From assembly GCF_963676685.1 (NCBI RefSeq), contig NC_092347.1:81282001-81346000 (forward strand): 64,000 nucleotides of DNA. Direction: 5' to 3'. A model generated the notes under the pieces. The model saw only the letters and a program-made list of their open reading frames with translations, searched no databases and was not told the origin of the DNA. Positions within the stretch are counted from its first letter, which is position 1. Every line of letters starts with the position of its first letter. The DNA comes from Mytilus edulis. Lineage: Eukaryota. Both the position numbers and the translations under genes were made by a program. Shown here in pieces: positions 23,326 to 37,488 of the stretch.

Positions 23326-26300
23326 TATAAATATATACATGTAGTCTACAGCACTAGACAAAATATCTGTTTCATTCCGATGTAACTCGATTCAAAGTAA
23401 AAGTGTGTTAAAAAAAATTAGAAATCGGGAGATATGCCATTCAGTATCGTGTTATCTTGATATTAGTACACAGCTGTGGAAAACAAAGAAAAATTGACCA
23501 ATTGCAGGGGAACACGAAACTGCATTGAAAATGAAAAAAATAAAGAATAGAAAAGAAAAAGATAGGTTAACAATTTAAGAATAAAGAATAGTGGGCTTCT
23601 AGAATATAAAGAATAGAGAATAACGTGCAAAATTTGTATAGAATAAAGAAAACATGGCGTAAATAATATTAAGAATTAAAGAACACCCACCTCCCTCCTT
23701 TTCTTGACCCTCTTTTATCCTATGACTCTTTAAAGAAAGAAGCGCCGTAATTCATAGGAACAAATAGATTTGGAATATATTATTTTCTCTAGCATTTTTC
23801 ATTTCTGTACTTTTGTCTTTGTGTTGTTAACATTCAAACTTATTTATTTGTGTAAATGGTTAATGAAACTTGGTTGATAAAAACGAAGCACTCAGTCTGT
23901 CATAAATTAGTTTTGGCACAATCTTAGTGCTAAAGATTATTCTTATCTGCTAAGAGTGTATCTAGTAGCAATCTTAGAAGGATTGACAGCCCTTAAACTC
24001 ATGTTGCGCTTGCAACCCTTAGAGTACTCTTTATCCTTCTCGGAACGCTCGGTTAATTTTTATTTGATGTACTTGAATCTTCTTTGAATTCTCATAGCAT
24101 ATGATGTGTGTCAACATTCTTTTTTTACTGAAAAATTGTAATAGTGGTCAGGGGCATCCCAATATTTATCTTAGTTGATGAAAATAGCAACTGCATTTTT
24201 TTTCGAGCGCACAACTGTTGTCCTAACAAACTAGACCATAAGTTCACCAAACTTAACAAGCTGATGCATCACAGGAAAGCAGTATTTTACAGCCCCCCGC
24301 CCCCCATCCCCCCTCAAAGAAAAACAAAAAACACACACACACAAAATTACAATAAAAAAACACTATTGCTAGTACAAATGTATCTGGACAATGACATGCG
24401 ACCCCCAATGCTAGTTAACACGGGTGCAGTACTAGTCCATAACTTATGTGCATTGATTATAAGTAGATACAATCGTGAAATGAGTGTGCGTCTTTTGCCA
24501 AAAGCAATTCACTTTAACATTTCTTTTTACAATTGAACACACTATATTTTGGTAGCATTCTTTACAGTGACTTTTAATTTATGAACACTTTGAATAGTTA
24601 TTTGAATATATATAGGCATTGGCATCGATAGATTCTGCCAGATTTGCAACTTGCATAATTAACTAATTAAAAATTATAGTAATTAAATTCTAAAGGTCAC
24701 GCTTGGTACCCAAAGAACTACAGCTTCAATAGATAAAGATTGAAGTTCAACCTGCATACTAGGTATTACAACATCGTGAACGGAAGAGTTGTACGTAAAA
24801 AAAATATGTTGTATGATAGCCAACGGGACGAATACTTATATCCACCAGGTACCAAAGCATGATGCAAGTTAAAGATTGAAAATCAGAAATGTGCCTTGAT
24901 ATATTCATAGACACAGAGGCTTGTCACTTTTTTGTTTTATCTTTTTATTTGAAAATATTCTTTAATATATCAATTTATTTAAAGTTTTAAACATTTATCA
25001 ATGCGATTTAACTATAACGATAGTTTATGTATTTTGCCCCTCTTTCCTTTTTTCCCGCCTGTATGGAAAGCAAGTACAATGATATATGTTTCCACTGTTA
25101 AAGGACAAATAAGACATGTAGTTATTTTAAGACTTTGCGTAAAATATGTCTAAGAAAGAAGTGCAAGATATTGCTTTGTTCAAACACGAATCATATACAT
25201 TTCCGCTAAGACTATAAGTCTAGACTTCGTCTTGTTGTACAGGGTACAATTGCCTTATATCTTTTAAAGATATGTTTTCCATGTTTTTTTGTAAGATAGG
25301 GTTTTGTACCTTCTGTTTGAGTAAGTTACATGTACTTGTATTATGACTGTCATTTGTTTTTTGTGTTGTGTGTACAGTTTATGTTCTGTAGACCTGTAAG
25401 TTTTTGAGATGCTGATCCAAGCCTAAAAGATGTTTTATATACTTTTCTTTTGTTTGAAATTTGCCAGAGAGAGATTCAAAAGATTGAAGAGTAATTGTAA
25501 TATGTATTTGTCGTTTACAAATCTTCTTGAATTATGTTAAAACAAAATGACTTTGTCACATCGATTTTTGTTTCAATGTTATTTCAATTAAAAAGTATGC
25601 AAAGTATGTTAAATGTAATTATTGCAGAAAAAATAAAAAATAAAAAAAATAAAACTTATTTGATCATGACAGAAAAAATGCGATTCCTGTCAAAGTACAT
25701 ATGGGAGCTGTAAAATTTTAGGATGGAATAGGCGATCAATGAGATATCGAATGACTGATCGTTCGATAACTTATTTTAGTTTTGCGTATTTAAAAACAAC
25801 ACAATCAAATGACAACGGGAGCATTGTTTTAAGACAATGTATGATGTTATTAATGATAAAGAAATGATAATTGTTTGTGCCTTATATTGACGGATATTGA
25901 TACTAGCGGTGGTCTTCTATTGATCTTTTCGGACCAGATCTTTCTGTAAAAGGTGATAATTGTCACATTTAACTGCTGATAAACCCCGTTGATCGGAGGA
26001 AGGGCGACATCTCGTCGATGGAAAGATATTATCTATCGATTTTGTTTGATTTCATTGGTAAATTGTGTGTCAATTATGACACGTGACTCACTGGTTCTTT
26101 GTTTGTAGTGTTTAACTTTCATTCTCACACACAAGAACGTTTTTGCAGAGAGAGCTTCATGAAGCACACGGAGTTCAACATCTCGTGACTGGACTTAACG
26201 GATAAGGAAAACTCATATTACAAAACTGAAATATTCGTCAATAGATTTAACGTTTAAGTATGTGTGCAAACTAGCCGATTCTTAAAAAAAAAACATTCTC

Positions 26301-26510
26301 TCAAGATGTGTTTTGTGTCAAATATTATGTGATAACTAATCTACCAATGAAGGAATATTTCTATTTCAGAAACTTGGACTTTTTATAAAAACTTGATAAA
26401 TCGATCGATAACCTTCCGAATGGTACCGATTTAAATTTAAAATGAGGCCGCATATCTAAAATTGTTCAGGCTTAATTTGTATATATGTATTATAACTACC
26501 AGTAACCAGA

Positions 26511-26513
<3 letters not shown>

Positions 26514-26542
<29 letters not shown>
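26514..26542. repeat. (TA)n microsatellite
   Basis: Seen directly. Confidence 0.95.
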
Positions 26543-26548
<6 letters not shown>

Positions 26549-26959
26549 GTACAACTCGTCTTAAACATCAACCCAAAAATGTTAGATCTGTAAATTTGCT
26601 TTCGCAATTTCAGACGTACTTATATATATATATATATAGTATATATGTCTCTGCAGTAACATATATAATACATATTGTAGTATATGTCTCTTTCAAAAAA
26701 AATATATGTTTTATAAACAGAGTGAATTATGACTCGTGCAATTCCAGAAGTTTCAAAGCGATACTCGAAGGAAACGATCGTTTTATGCGAATGAGCCATC
26801 ATAACTTACCGAGAAACAAGATTTTGATGGATAAAGAAATTTACGCAGTACACCAAACAGAGCTCGAGAAGAGATCAATAACCGATTATGTTGAACCGAT
26901 TTTTTTATTTTTTTTTTATTAAAACGAAATTATTAAAATACATGTATAATAAATGATAT

Positions 26960-28026
26960 TACCAATATGCCAAAACCAATCCCAAAGCAGCTATATTTGT
27001 CATATCATAGCTTGACCACTAAAGCTATGGAAATATTTGTCAATATATTCTGCACCTTTCAAATATAGTTGCAAATTAAAAGCAAATATATCTATTTACC
27101 ATACATTTCTAGCTGTCTGAAATATCTTTCTTTATCATTTCTTTGTATATGTATTCAAAGTTACATATGCCCAATATATTTACACATACATTTCTAGCTG
27201 TCTGAAATATCTTTCTTTATCATTTCTTTGCATATGTATTTAAAGTTACATATGCCCTATATATTTATACATACATTTCTAGCTGTTTGAAATATCTTTC
27301 TTTATCATTTCTTTGCATATGTATTTAAAGTTACATATGCCCAATATATTTACACATGTCATTGATATTATCATTTGACCACATTTCTCAGTTAAACAAA
27401 TTGTCTGCAAATCCATGTATTTACCATACATTTCGAAATATGTTCAAAGGCTTTTGATATGTTCTGATTTGACATACATTTCAGCCGACAATAAAGACTT
27501 ACAAAATTATTCCTTTACAATACATTTGACAGGTCTCTGTAGATTAAAGGAAATGATGCTTTACAACCCCCTATAAAGTTCTCGTTTTGAATTGGTTTAC
27601 TTACCAGGAAAATGTAGATGCACCTTACACTTTATAACCCATATAAAATCATTTGAATGATGATGCTTTACTACCTAGACAAAGAAACACATTTGCGGAT
27701 AAATTTACATCATAGAAAAATACATGACAAAGGTTTCCATTTGCAGAGGTATACAAATACATAAGTTTGCAAAAGTTTTGCGGCGGTCATAAATATATAT
27801 AAATTCTTAACTGCAAAATGGTTTGATTAGGTGTTAATATATTTTATAAACCGCGGTCTCTCATAACCGCCCATAGGAGGGTATAGCACAAGAAATATTA
27901 ATATTTACAACATGTAAAGACAAGATAAACTAAATGCAGCGGTTTATAAATATATGTAAATGTCGGTCTCTGAATACATTTACATAACATTTGCATACCT
28001 CTTCAAATCCGGGATTTCGTGTAGTG
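26960..28026 (-). mobile_element. CACTA-like right end
   Basis: Ends TTTCGTGTAGTG (inverse of 8597-8608). Contains TTTTATAAACCGCGGTCTCTC, the inverse of the 196-bp satellite motif. Left boundary approximate. Confidence 0.6.
27100..27356 (+). repeat. 85-bp tandem repeat, 3 copies
   Basis: ATACATTTCTAGCTG at 27101, 27186 and 27271. Confidence 0.95.
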
Positions 28027-30544
28027 AAAGTTTTAAATCTGAATAATTGAATTATGATTCATTCAATAAGTAATCTAATTGTTGATTTGAATGAGATCCA
28101 ATTTGTTAAAATTTGGAACAGAGAGTTGATTTTCCTTATGACAGGATTAATATGTAGATTAATTTTGGAATTCTATAACATTGTGTACTTAATGATTAAC
28201 ATAATTTAAAATCCAATTCATAAATGTTTAAAGTTGATATTCGAACCCATCTACCTAAATATTTTAATTACTTAAATTTTTTGGGTGATCTTAAGCTGTT
28301 TGCCAGGAGAATTCCAAGTTCATTAAGCATTTTAATAAATTACTCTTCAAAGAAAAAATAATACTATTTATTTGCAATTAACAACTTTCTATTTTTATCA
28401 AGTGTTATGTTTGTTGACGCCATCCTCTAAATGAATAGAACTTTAAAAGGATTGTTGACAAACTTGTCTGGACATGCATGAGTTAACGGGTAGTATACTA
28501 CTGTACCGTAATCGTCCAACCGAGACCATCAATATTGAAATGATTAACACATTAACTAGGCTATTACATATTGTAGGATATTTCTGGCAGTAGTTCAACT
28601 TTTTATCCAATTTGACATATTGATCAGTGCACAGTTTTGAAATTTCAGCTGATTTTGAAGAGTATGGAGGATTTATACCTGTAATTTACACCTGGACAGG
28701 TAAAAATTCAGGTAAGTAATAAATTGGTCAATTCATTTGTTTTATTGATTTCTGCAGATAAAAGTTTACCATTAAATACATAACTTCCAACAAAGTTGTG
28801 TCAATACACATTTTACTAGGATATTGTACAACATGTTAAGGTACGCTTTATTTTCATTAATTCAGTTTTGCATCATCATTTGAACTTTAAAATGTGTAAA
28901 AAGAAAAGATTAAATTTGTGCTTTTAAAGTTTCACTTATTAAAAGAGATGGTTTTTGAAGGGTTTTTCTTACAGGAAAAGAGGGGGGGGGATTTGTGAAG
29001 CCTGTAGAATTGACACAAACAAATTAAATGGAAAGCAACTGGAGGGAGTTTAATATAACTATATTAAAATTATGAAGCATTTTTACGTACTAAGAGGATT
29101 ATTTTACATGTACATGTTTTTAAAAATTGAGTGGGGATGGTCAAAAGAATGTTTATCCATTTAAATTGAATTTAAGTTCTTTTGAAATAAGTGCAGCAAT
29201 TAAGTACCGGGTAAATTAAAGAAGAAAAATAAATCACATTTTTTTGGAGGCATTATGCATGAGATTTCTTCTGCATAATCATCAATCAAAATATTAAGAG
29301 ATGATTATGTGTTAATAGTCTGAGAAAAGAAATTCTTACATAGTTTAAAAGTTCTTATTGAGATTCAAGAATGAATTAAAAACATTCTCTTGCATGTCAA
29401 CAAACTGAAGAAGACAGAACATATCATCATGCTGTATCAATTAACGTCCTGTAGTGATCAATATAGAACAACTTGTTTATAATGTTGTCTTGGGACAAAA
29501 TAAAATAAGTATTTTTTCTATTAAAAATCAACCAAAATATATATTAAAAAAAAGATAAGATTTACACATTACATGGCATACATGACATACAGAATGATCT
29601 GTTAGAGTTTTTTGGAAATCAATACAGATGTTTAGAGGACAGTGATATTGTTGGCTTTTTTCAAAACTACCTCTACCCTTTTTTATTGGGAAAATATGTG
29701 TCATTTTTATCAAATTGGGAAATTTATAATGAGATGAATTAGACTGGAATTTCAATTTGCAGACCCCCTTTCAAGAGGTAAACCTTCATTTGAAATAAGA
29801 CCCCTTATTGTCAGTGATGATATATAAATAGACCCTCTAATCTGAACATATAGTCATCTCAGGCAGGAAAATGGTTTAAATGATTGTTTTTAAGTGTGTA
29901 TTCATGCATAATTACTACTGACATGACTGAGACTGCACTGTTTTGGAAAAAGTTGTCTTTTTGGGAATAATTTTAAGCCCTTTTTATTCAAATTGGGATT
30001 ATTCTCCAGGGGAAAAAGCCTGTATTCTCCATTAATTTAAGGCAAACAATATCACTGGAGGATATACAGATATAAGATGTTAAAATGTATATGAAGACAG
30101 ACAAATGAATTCCCTTGTTTTTGCTACTTGTGGTATACAAACATTAGAAGAGTCCGTACATCAGTTATTTTCATAACTGTTAAATTAAATTTATGAAAGA
30201 TTGGCATTAAGACATAAAATTTTGTTGACTTTATTGTTTAACATTTTGTATGTTTATAGATTTATGGATTAGATTCACAAAAATAGACATTATTCTTTTC
30301 TAATATGAAAATATTTGTTTATTGTTATATTTCAAAAGAATTTAATATTTGGATAAAATATTTAACAAACGTCTTTGTTTGTTTCATGTATATCAGATTT
30401 AAGCTTTTGACACAACTTACTTGTGGCATATACTACAAACATACTTTCATATGTGTACAAAGATATAAACTTGTGGGGCATATAAAAGACAGTGTGCTTC
30501 ATTGGCAGAGTGACCATTTTCACTGAAATAGTACACATTTTTAT

Positions 30545-30686
30545 GTAGGGGCTAGCCAAGATCCACCTCTGGGTGCAGGAGTTTCTCACTGCATTGAAGA
30601 CCAATTCGTGGCCTTCGGCTGTTATCTGCTCTTTGGTTGGATGTTTGTCTCTTTGACATATTCCTCATTTCCATTCTCAATGTTAT
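30545..30686 (+). mobile_element. Family B 3'-end fragment
   Basis: Colinear with 21943-22083. Confidence 0.8.
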
Positions 30687-32266
30687 GCTACTCGTAAATT
30701 TTGTTGATAATCATAGAAAATACATATATATTTTACTTGCCCAGTAGATAGGTAATTTATTTTATGATTTAGGTAGTTCTAAAATAGTAGCTAAATATGT
30801 TTTGGTATAGGTCAAATGGAACAAAGCCCTTGGTCAGCTAGAACAGCAAAGTAACAAGAAATTTCAGGGAAAAAACCAATAACACTTGTATTAGTTGTCT
30901 GAATCATTTTGTTTTCTTAATATAGTTTTTCTCAGTTTTAGAAATACCAAGAAAAGATCTTAAGGATTTGAATACAAGTAGTATAATGAATATATTATAG
31001 AATATCCTTTCATGGTAGTATATGATGGGTGGATTAAAATATTTTACTTCAAAGATTATCTCTTTTTCACAATTATAACAATTTTCAACCTATAGCTATG
31101 ATTAACATAGTTTTATAGATGAAAAGATGTTATTTGTAATCATAGTGTTATTATATATGTAGCATTATTTTAGCATACAATAAATAGGGAGTATAAGCAC
31201 ACATGTTTTTATCACACAATAAATTGGGAGTAAGCACACATCATTCTTGCCTATGTAGAAAAAATGAGCAAAAAATGTTTATTTTACATAACACTATTGT
31301 ACTTTCATCATGTGAGTTCTGTTTCCAGATACTGTTTTTTGTTCATATATTTTTTTTGTAGCAGTTAAAATGATGATGTCTTTATAAAGTGGTTTAATAA
31401 TAAAATACTTTCGATAAAATGAATGGTATAAAGGTCATTTGTCCATAGTGATATGACAATATATAGTGGAATTCCAGTTGTCAAATAATATATGCAGACC
31501 ACCTATAATTGATACAGAAATTTAATGGTATTTTGTTGTACATATATAGAACTACACTATACCTATGATTACTTAGTGAATGAAATCTAACATACATTCC
31601 CTTGTCTGTGTACTTTGTTAAGACATGCTTTTCCATGGATGGGGTTATTAAGTGCACAAAATGTTCACTCAATGTAAGCTGACTTTTACAGCACATATTA
31701 AAATTGATGAATGATGTGAAGATGGTACAGAGAAGAAATGTGATTCTGAACCTTTCAAAAACCCTCAGAATGAGTGATTTATTTGGAAAATCATTGATAT
31801 TTTTACAGTGCTAAAATAAATGTAAATGAATAGTAGGTCTTTCGATTAGTTTGGAAGGAGTTTTGGAAAAAAATATATGATCACAAGATTATAATATATA
31901 TAATGCGAACAAAGTGAAAACAACATGTAATAAATTTCATGCGTTCAAAGCACTTTTCTGGAATGTTCAAAGCAGAATAATTGAAAGCCAAGGATGTATT
32001 AGTACCAAATAAGAAAACATGCTAAAAGGACAATGCTTCATGTTTAAAAAATTGTCTAAAAACAGACCGCCAGCAAACTTATCAGATTTAATGCCTTGAG
32101 TCTATTTAACTTTTAACAGATATAAGTATATTGATATTTATTTTACATTTAATAATACCAGACAATACAATTATATTTATGTACTTTAATGGACTATGTT
32201 CAAATATTGTTTATTTTTCAGGTCAGCTAAAGTGTAGTTTTTTATTGTGATAATGGATAAATAACC

Positions 32267-32555
32267 ATGGAAACAGAATTTCTTCCATCAAATATGGAGT
32301 TTGTGGAAGGAGAACTAGAAGAAATAGATGCAAGTCCCGAGTTTGAAGGAGATGAAACCATTAGTCTTTCAGACATTCTGTCATCTAGAGATTTTTGCTT
32401 GTCTGAGGAAGAGTTATGGGCCTTGTGTCGTGAATGTTGCCTTGTACTGGATGTTGTAAAGAGTTCACCAGAAATGTTCCAAACATTGTGCATTACACCA
32501 GACACCGTAGCTTTTGATGGTTCTGGAAACGTCTGCTTTTTAGACTTGGAAACAG
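32267..32555 (+). CDS. KNDC1: KNDC1/very-KIND orthologue, first coding exon (N-terminal part of KIND domain 1)
   Basis: Acceptor tttttcag ends at 32221; ATG in accATGG context; donor ACAG|GTATGG (phase 1). The peptide ISLSDILSSRDFCLSEEELWALCRECC...LCITPDTVAFDGSGNVCF closely resembles vertebrate KNDC1 KIND1 as I recall it (VSLADILSLRDRGLSEQEAWAVCLEC...LCITPDTLAFNTSGNVCF). Confidence 0.92.
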
Positions 32556-35500
32556 GTATGGTACAAAATCGACAACTGTCGTATCTATGTTTGTAGTGGT
32601 TATAACATATTGTAGAGAGATTAGTTTGTTGCAAAATTTTTGCCGAAATTAATAACGAACATTTTTCATGTTGCATGATATTCATTAACCAAATAATATT
32701 GTCAGATTTTTCTTCAATTCTATATTAAAAATTTTTGTTGTGATTTATATATTACCAGTAAATATACTAAGTACATCTACTGACAAGGTTTTTTTTGGTT
32801 GAAATTTAAAAAAAAAAACCAGCCAAGAGGAGGGACAAAAGAGTGCTAAAAAGTCAGGAGATTTTGACTCCTGTCTCAAGAATCACATGTATTTTACTTT
32901 CCAATGGAAAATGCTTCAACAGTGTATCAGCATAGACATTAGAACACAGTTGTCAGACCACCAATTGGTATAAAATTAAAAAGATCTGCCATAAATGTTG
33001 TGTCTGAAAACATGATATTAAAACCATTGATAAAAAAGCTTAAATAGGATGTCATGTTTTATCTGCTATCATTATAAGTCATCAACAGCCATTTATAAAG
33101 TTGAGCTGGGCGACTCTAAAGGAATATATGGTTTTAAATTTCTTTTTGGGTCTAATTTCAGACTGTATCTTTTTGACAGGTTTTTAACAGATATTGTAAA
33201 TGTTTTTACCGCCATTCTGTTTTGATTAAGTAAAACATGCTCATCAAGTTTGCATGTTAAAATATAATTTTAAAATTTGTATTTATGAAATAAATGAAAA
33301 GCTAATTCAAAGGTGACAAATTTTTTTCAATATTCAATGTGCACCTATTCAAAGTTAAATTATATTTAAGGAGTTTCAAATTATTGTCACCTATCCCTTT
33401 TGCTGTGTGGGCTAATAACATTAGAATTGCATGCATCCAACCTAAAGAATTTGTTGAATATTAAACGTATGTTCCTGTTTCTTTTATTATGGTTAAGGTT
33501 AATCATGTTTTCAATTCATATATAAAAGTTGGAATGATAGGTATATTTTGTACACATGTGGTGTCAATGTATTGTTAGAAAATTTGAAAAGCTTTCGTTT
33601 ATATCTTAAAAGTAAGTTTCCAAAATAGTTCTTAAAGTACACAAAGATTTTGTAAAATTTATTACATCAGCACCTTTTGATGAAGTTATCTTAACATTTT
33701 TGAAAAGGAAAGGAACTGGAATGGTCACCATTAAGGAATTCATGTTAAAAGGGCAAGAAGAACCAAAACAGTCATTTATGTAAAAACCAATATTAACGTA
33801 AATTTCAGTTTCATTTAAATTTTTCGCTTTTTCCCATTGAAAAATACTAATCATTTCAAATATAAGCTGCATGAAGTATTTGAGTGAAAGTGAATTGATC
33901 CTCCGTAGAATAGGTCTCTATTGTCCCAGACATCATTAGTAAGTAGACGTACTTGTGTCCCTATTGTCAGCGAAAAGCCGATTAAATGTCTACAAGATAA
34001 TGTGTTTACAGAGTATGAAAATCTGATGGATCTTATAAATGATAATAAAATTTTAAATTTCAAATCAATGGTGTTCAATTAAAATGGTGATTTTAATACA
34101 ATTAAGGCTCTTGTTTTGTAATAGTAAGCTACTCAATGTCATTAGGTCATATTACCTCTAGAGTAGTTGGGTCATATTACTGATAAGCTTTAAAGAAAAT
34201 TTTGTATAAACTGTTGATGGCTACATCAAATTGGGGGGTTTAATAATATATATATTTTTCAAGGAACAGCATAATATTCAAGAAAGAAGAAGTTGGAAAA
34301 GTCCAGCAAACTGAACTTCTTTGAAGTGTAAAAATTTACTCTTGTTTGGATCTTAGATTTTTTTTATTAAAGCTTATAATAAAGAAAAAAAAGATACTGA
34401 TATTCTGATCGTGTTTTCTTCATAACTATTTTGAATGATATCTTGATGTCATAATACAGATTTAAAATTTTGTCTGCCGTCTTTAAGTTTTGCAACATAC
34501 CTATTTAAAGTATTATAAAGTCATTATATAAAACAGCCATTATCATTATCCACTTGTCAATAATTTGGGAAGAATTTTTTCCTTGATAATGCTGATGCAT
34601 AGTATAGAGAAAGATTGACAATCAGAAATCTTGTCGTTATATTCAAGGAAACCTTGGATGCATGGAAAGTTGTCTCATTGGCACTCATACCACATCTTCT
34701 TATTTATATTTATCACTAAAGGTTCTTGCCATGATCTCTTTGTTCTTAAAAATTTGCCAATTTAGAATGATGTATAGTTCTATTTCATCATTTGCTATCA
34801 AGGGGCAATTTGACACTGTTTTTTTTAGAAAGTTCAACAAAGTTTAGAATAAATTAGTATTGACTCCTAGGTTATCAATTCACATGTACTGAATATTTTG
34901 GTATCCATTCAGCAATGTTTGTTTGATCCTACTGTTGATTCTGATAGGTAAAAGTTTGAATGTTTTGTGTTTAAATAGCCTGACTTTTATAACATAAGTT
35001 ATTGTGTAAGTAAATATCATTAAAAGTTTTTATGTACAGTGTCAAGTTCAGATTTTGTAATAAATTGTCATGCCAAAGGGATAATTGACCACTAAAAAGG
35101 AAATTACAAGAAGTTATTCAAAACTTTAGCTGATTACAAGGAAGACATAACTAAATGGTATAAAGAAAAGAATTAATCATTTGTAAAAAAAAATCTTCCC
35201 TCCCCCTAAATACAGATATTATTTTGGTACATGTATGTTGTACTCTAATATCATTATACCATACTGTTTAAAAGAAATACTATTAGTAGAAAGAATAATG
35301 CCAAATATAAATAAAAGGAGTTGTGGTAGTTTTCAATAAGACAGCAAGTCAACAACACAATTCAATCAATTAAAACATCAAGAGGTCACCAAAAGATTTT
35401 CAGCAATAGATACTTGTAATTCATTTGTACTATTAGATGTCTTTTAAAAGCTCTTGATTGTCCAAATAGTGAATTATCGACTTCAAAAGTACTGTCATTT

Positions 35501-35569
35501 ATAAAGATATCAAAATGAAGACACAAGGGACCAATGCAGCAAATCCGTAAACATAAAAAAAGAATTTTT

Positions 35570-35802
35570 GGTGTTAATGCCACTTTTAAGCACCACATTT
35601 AGGCTATTTCGTGGGTGCCAGTTTTTATTGGTGGAGGAAGCCGGAATTCCGGAGTAAACCATGACCTTTGATAGGAAAACTGACAATCCTAGTCAATCAA
35701 GATTGATAGCAAGCTTGAGCAGGGGTTCAACTCACAACCTCAGTGTTGACTGGCTAGTGATTACAGTAGTAACTACTTACACCACTCAGCCACCAAGGCT
35801 CC
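35570..35802 (-). mobile_element. tRNA-derived SINE
   Basis: Minus strand: A box TGGCTGAGTGG and B-box-like GAGTTGAACCC, followed by the CCGGCTTCCTCCACCAATAAAAACTG central region. Confidence 0.72.
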
Positions 35803-37115
35803 TATCTTTTCTGTGTTGGATTGATGCACTATATTGGCCATTAGGGTTTGGGGATGGAAACAGAGTTCAGTAATATGGTCTAAGGTCTTTTATTTTAAAT
35901 TTTTTGTTACCGGTATAATTTTACTCAAAAAGTCTGATGGGTTTAAAGAATATTTTGTTTGAAATATTTGACTGGAAAAGAACTTATTGTCTGACAATCT
36001 AAATACAACCTGACTGTTCATTATTAAGTGTTCTTGATTTAAGAAACATAATATTTGCATTCATGAACATGCATTATTCAATTTGAGGCAGTGTAAAATT
36101 CAAATTAGAAAAACCTGAAGTGTAAAACTTATGCATTGTATCTATTATAATATGGATGCTTTTGTTAAGACACACAATGTGACAATGATTTGCAAAATTT
36201 TGACCTCTTTAAAAAAGTTTTATTGTTAATTTTTCCAGCCAGATACATTAAATAGGTTTAATTTGTTATTATCCTGGAAACATAAAAGGGGAGCTACATT
36301 TAAGTATCTAAACATCTCTGGAGTAAGAATTTATTTCAGTAGCACACCTGTCGAGAATCAGCTGTTCACATTCTTACCTGTAAACTATTTCTCTTCATAA
36401 ATTTCTTTAAAAGTTTTATTTTGATAGTCTTATAAATTCATAATATTTTACTTAGCATTGCATACACTGCAGTAACACTGTGTTACAAATGTTAGATAGC
36501 TTTTTCAAATGAGGCTTGGTTTGAACCAGTAAATCATATAGTTTTTTAAACCCTTAAATCTTCAGGCTCAGACTTACACAGAACAGATAAAAATCAGTAA
36601 GCTTTTACTCCATACAACCCAAAAGTGGATTTGGTTAAGTCTATCACCATCTCATTTTACTATGTGTACAATTAAATACAAGGACTTGAGTTATTAAAAT
36701 CTTAGATTTGGAATTTACTTTTATTCTGTTATAAATTTTGATGTAATATATTTAAAACCACTGAATGAAAATTTGAATTATGTATTATATTTTTTCAATT
36801 CATATATATATATTTAGAAGTTGTTGCCAGTTTGTCTAGATTTTCTGATTTATATGGAAAGAATTTCTGCTTAGGTTTCTTGCTATCAAAGAAAAATCGC
36901 TAGGTATCAATATAAGAGAAATACAGATTAAGATTGTGGAAATAAGAAAGACACATGTATATTTTATCAAAAATATGAAATAGACACACTAACAGTTTAA
37001 AATGCTGAAAGCAAGTAGAAAAAAACATTCCCTCATCAACATCACCCACTTTTATGCTCTAGTCATTAGCAAGCCAGTGCATTTTGTATTACACACATCC
37101 ATTCTTTTGTCCTCC

Positions 37116-37488
37116 AATAGACCACTTTCGAGTTCATCCGTCACTGGAAAAAACTCGTCAATTATACATGCCTTTATGACGTCATTTACCAGATAGAGGG
37201 GATCGCCTGTATCCCTGCACTATTAACGTTCATCAAGCATCTTAGTGATCGTCTTTGTTCAGGATAAACTAGAAATAATGGTTGTTCTGTAATTCCCTAA
37301 TGACAGCAGTGCTGATTGTCAATTTCAAGAATTCAATTTGCCAAATAATTCGTACAATATAGAATTATAGTTTTCCAACCACTCGCTCAACAATGGAATG
37401 GAAGTGACGATGCGTCAAAACGCACAAATGACGTTCACTAAAACCAGAGTTTTTGACAGAAATGCATCGAACTCGAAAGTTGTCTATT
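37116..37488. mobile_element. MITE
   Basis: AATAGACCACTTTCGAGTTC / GAACTCGAAAGTTGTCTATT TIRs. Confidence 0.78.

Noticed and set aside
26040-26263. Candidate KNDC1 promoter and first exon (ATTGG, overlapping CACGTG/TGACTCA, GTATGT donor)
   Set aside because: Short motifs are expected by chance and alternative donors exist (for example CAG|GTAAGT at 28711). Cannot be resolved without transcript data.
32242-32685. 147-aa minus-strand ORF
   Set aside because: Antisense shadow of the first KNDC1 coding exon.
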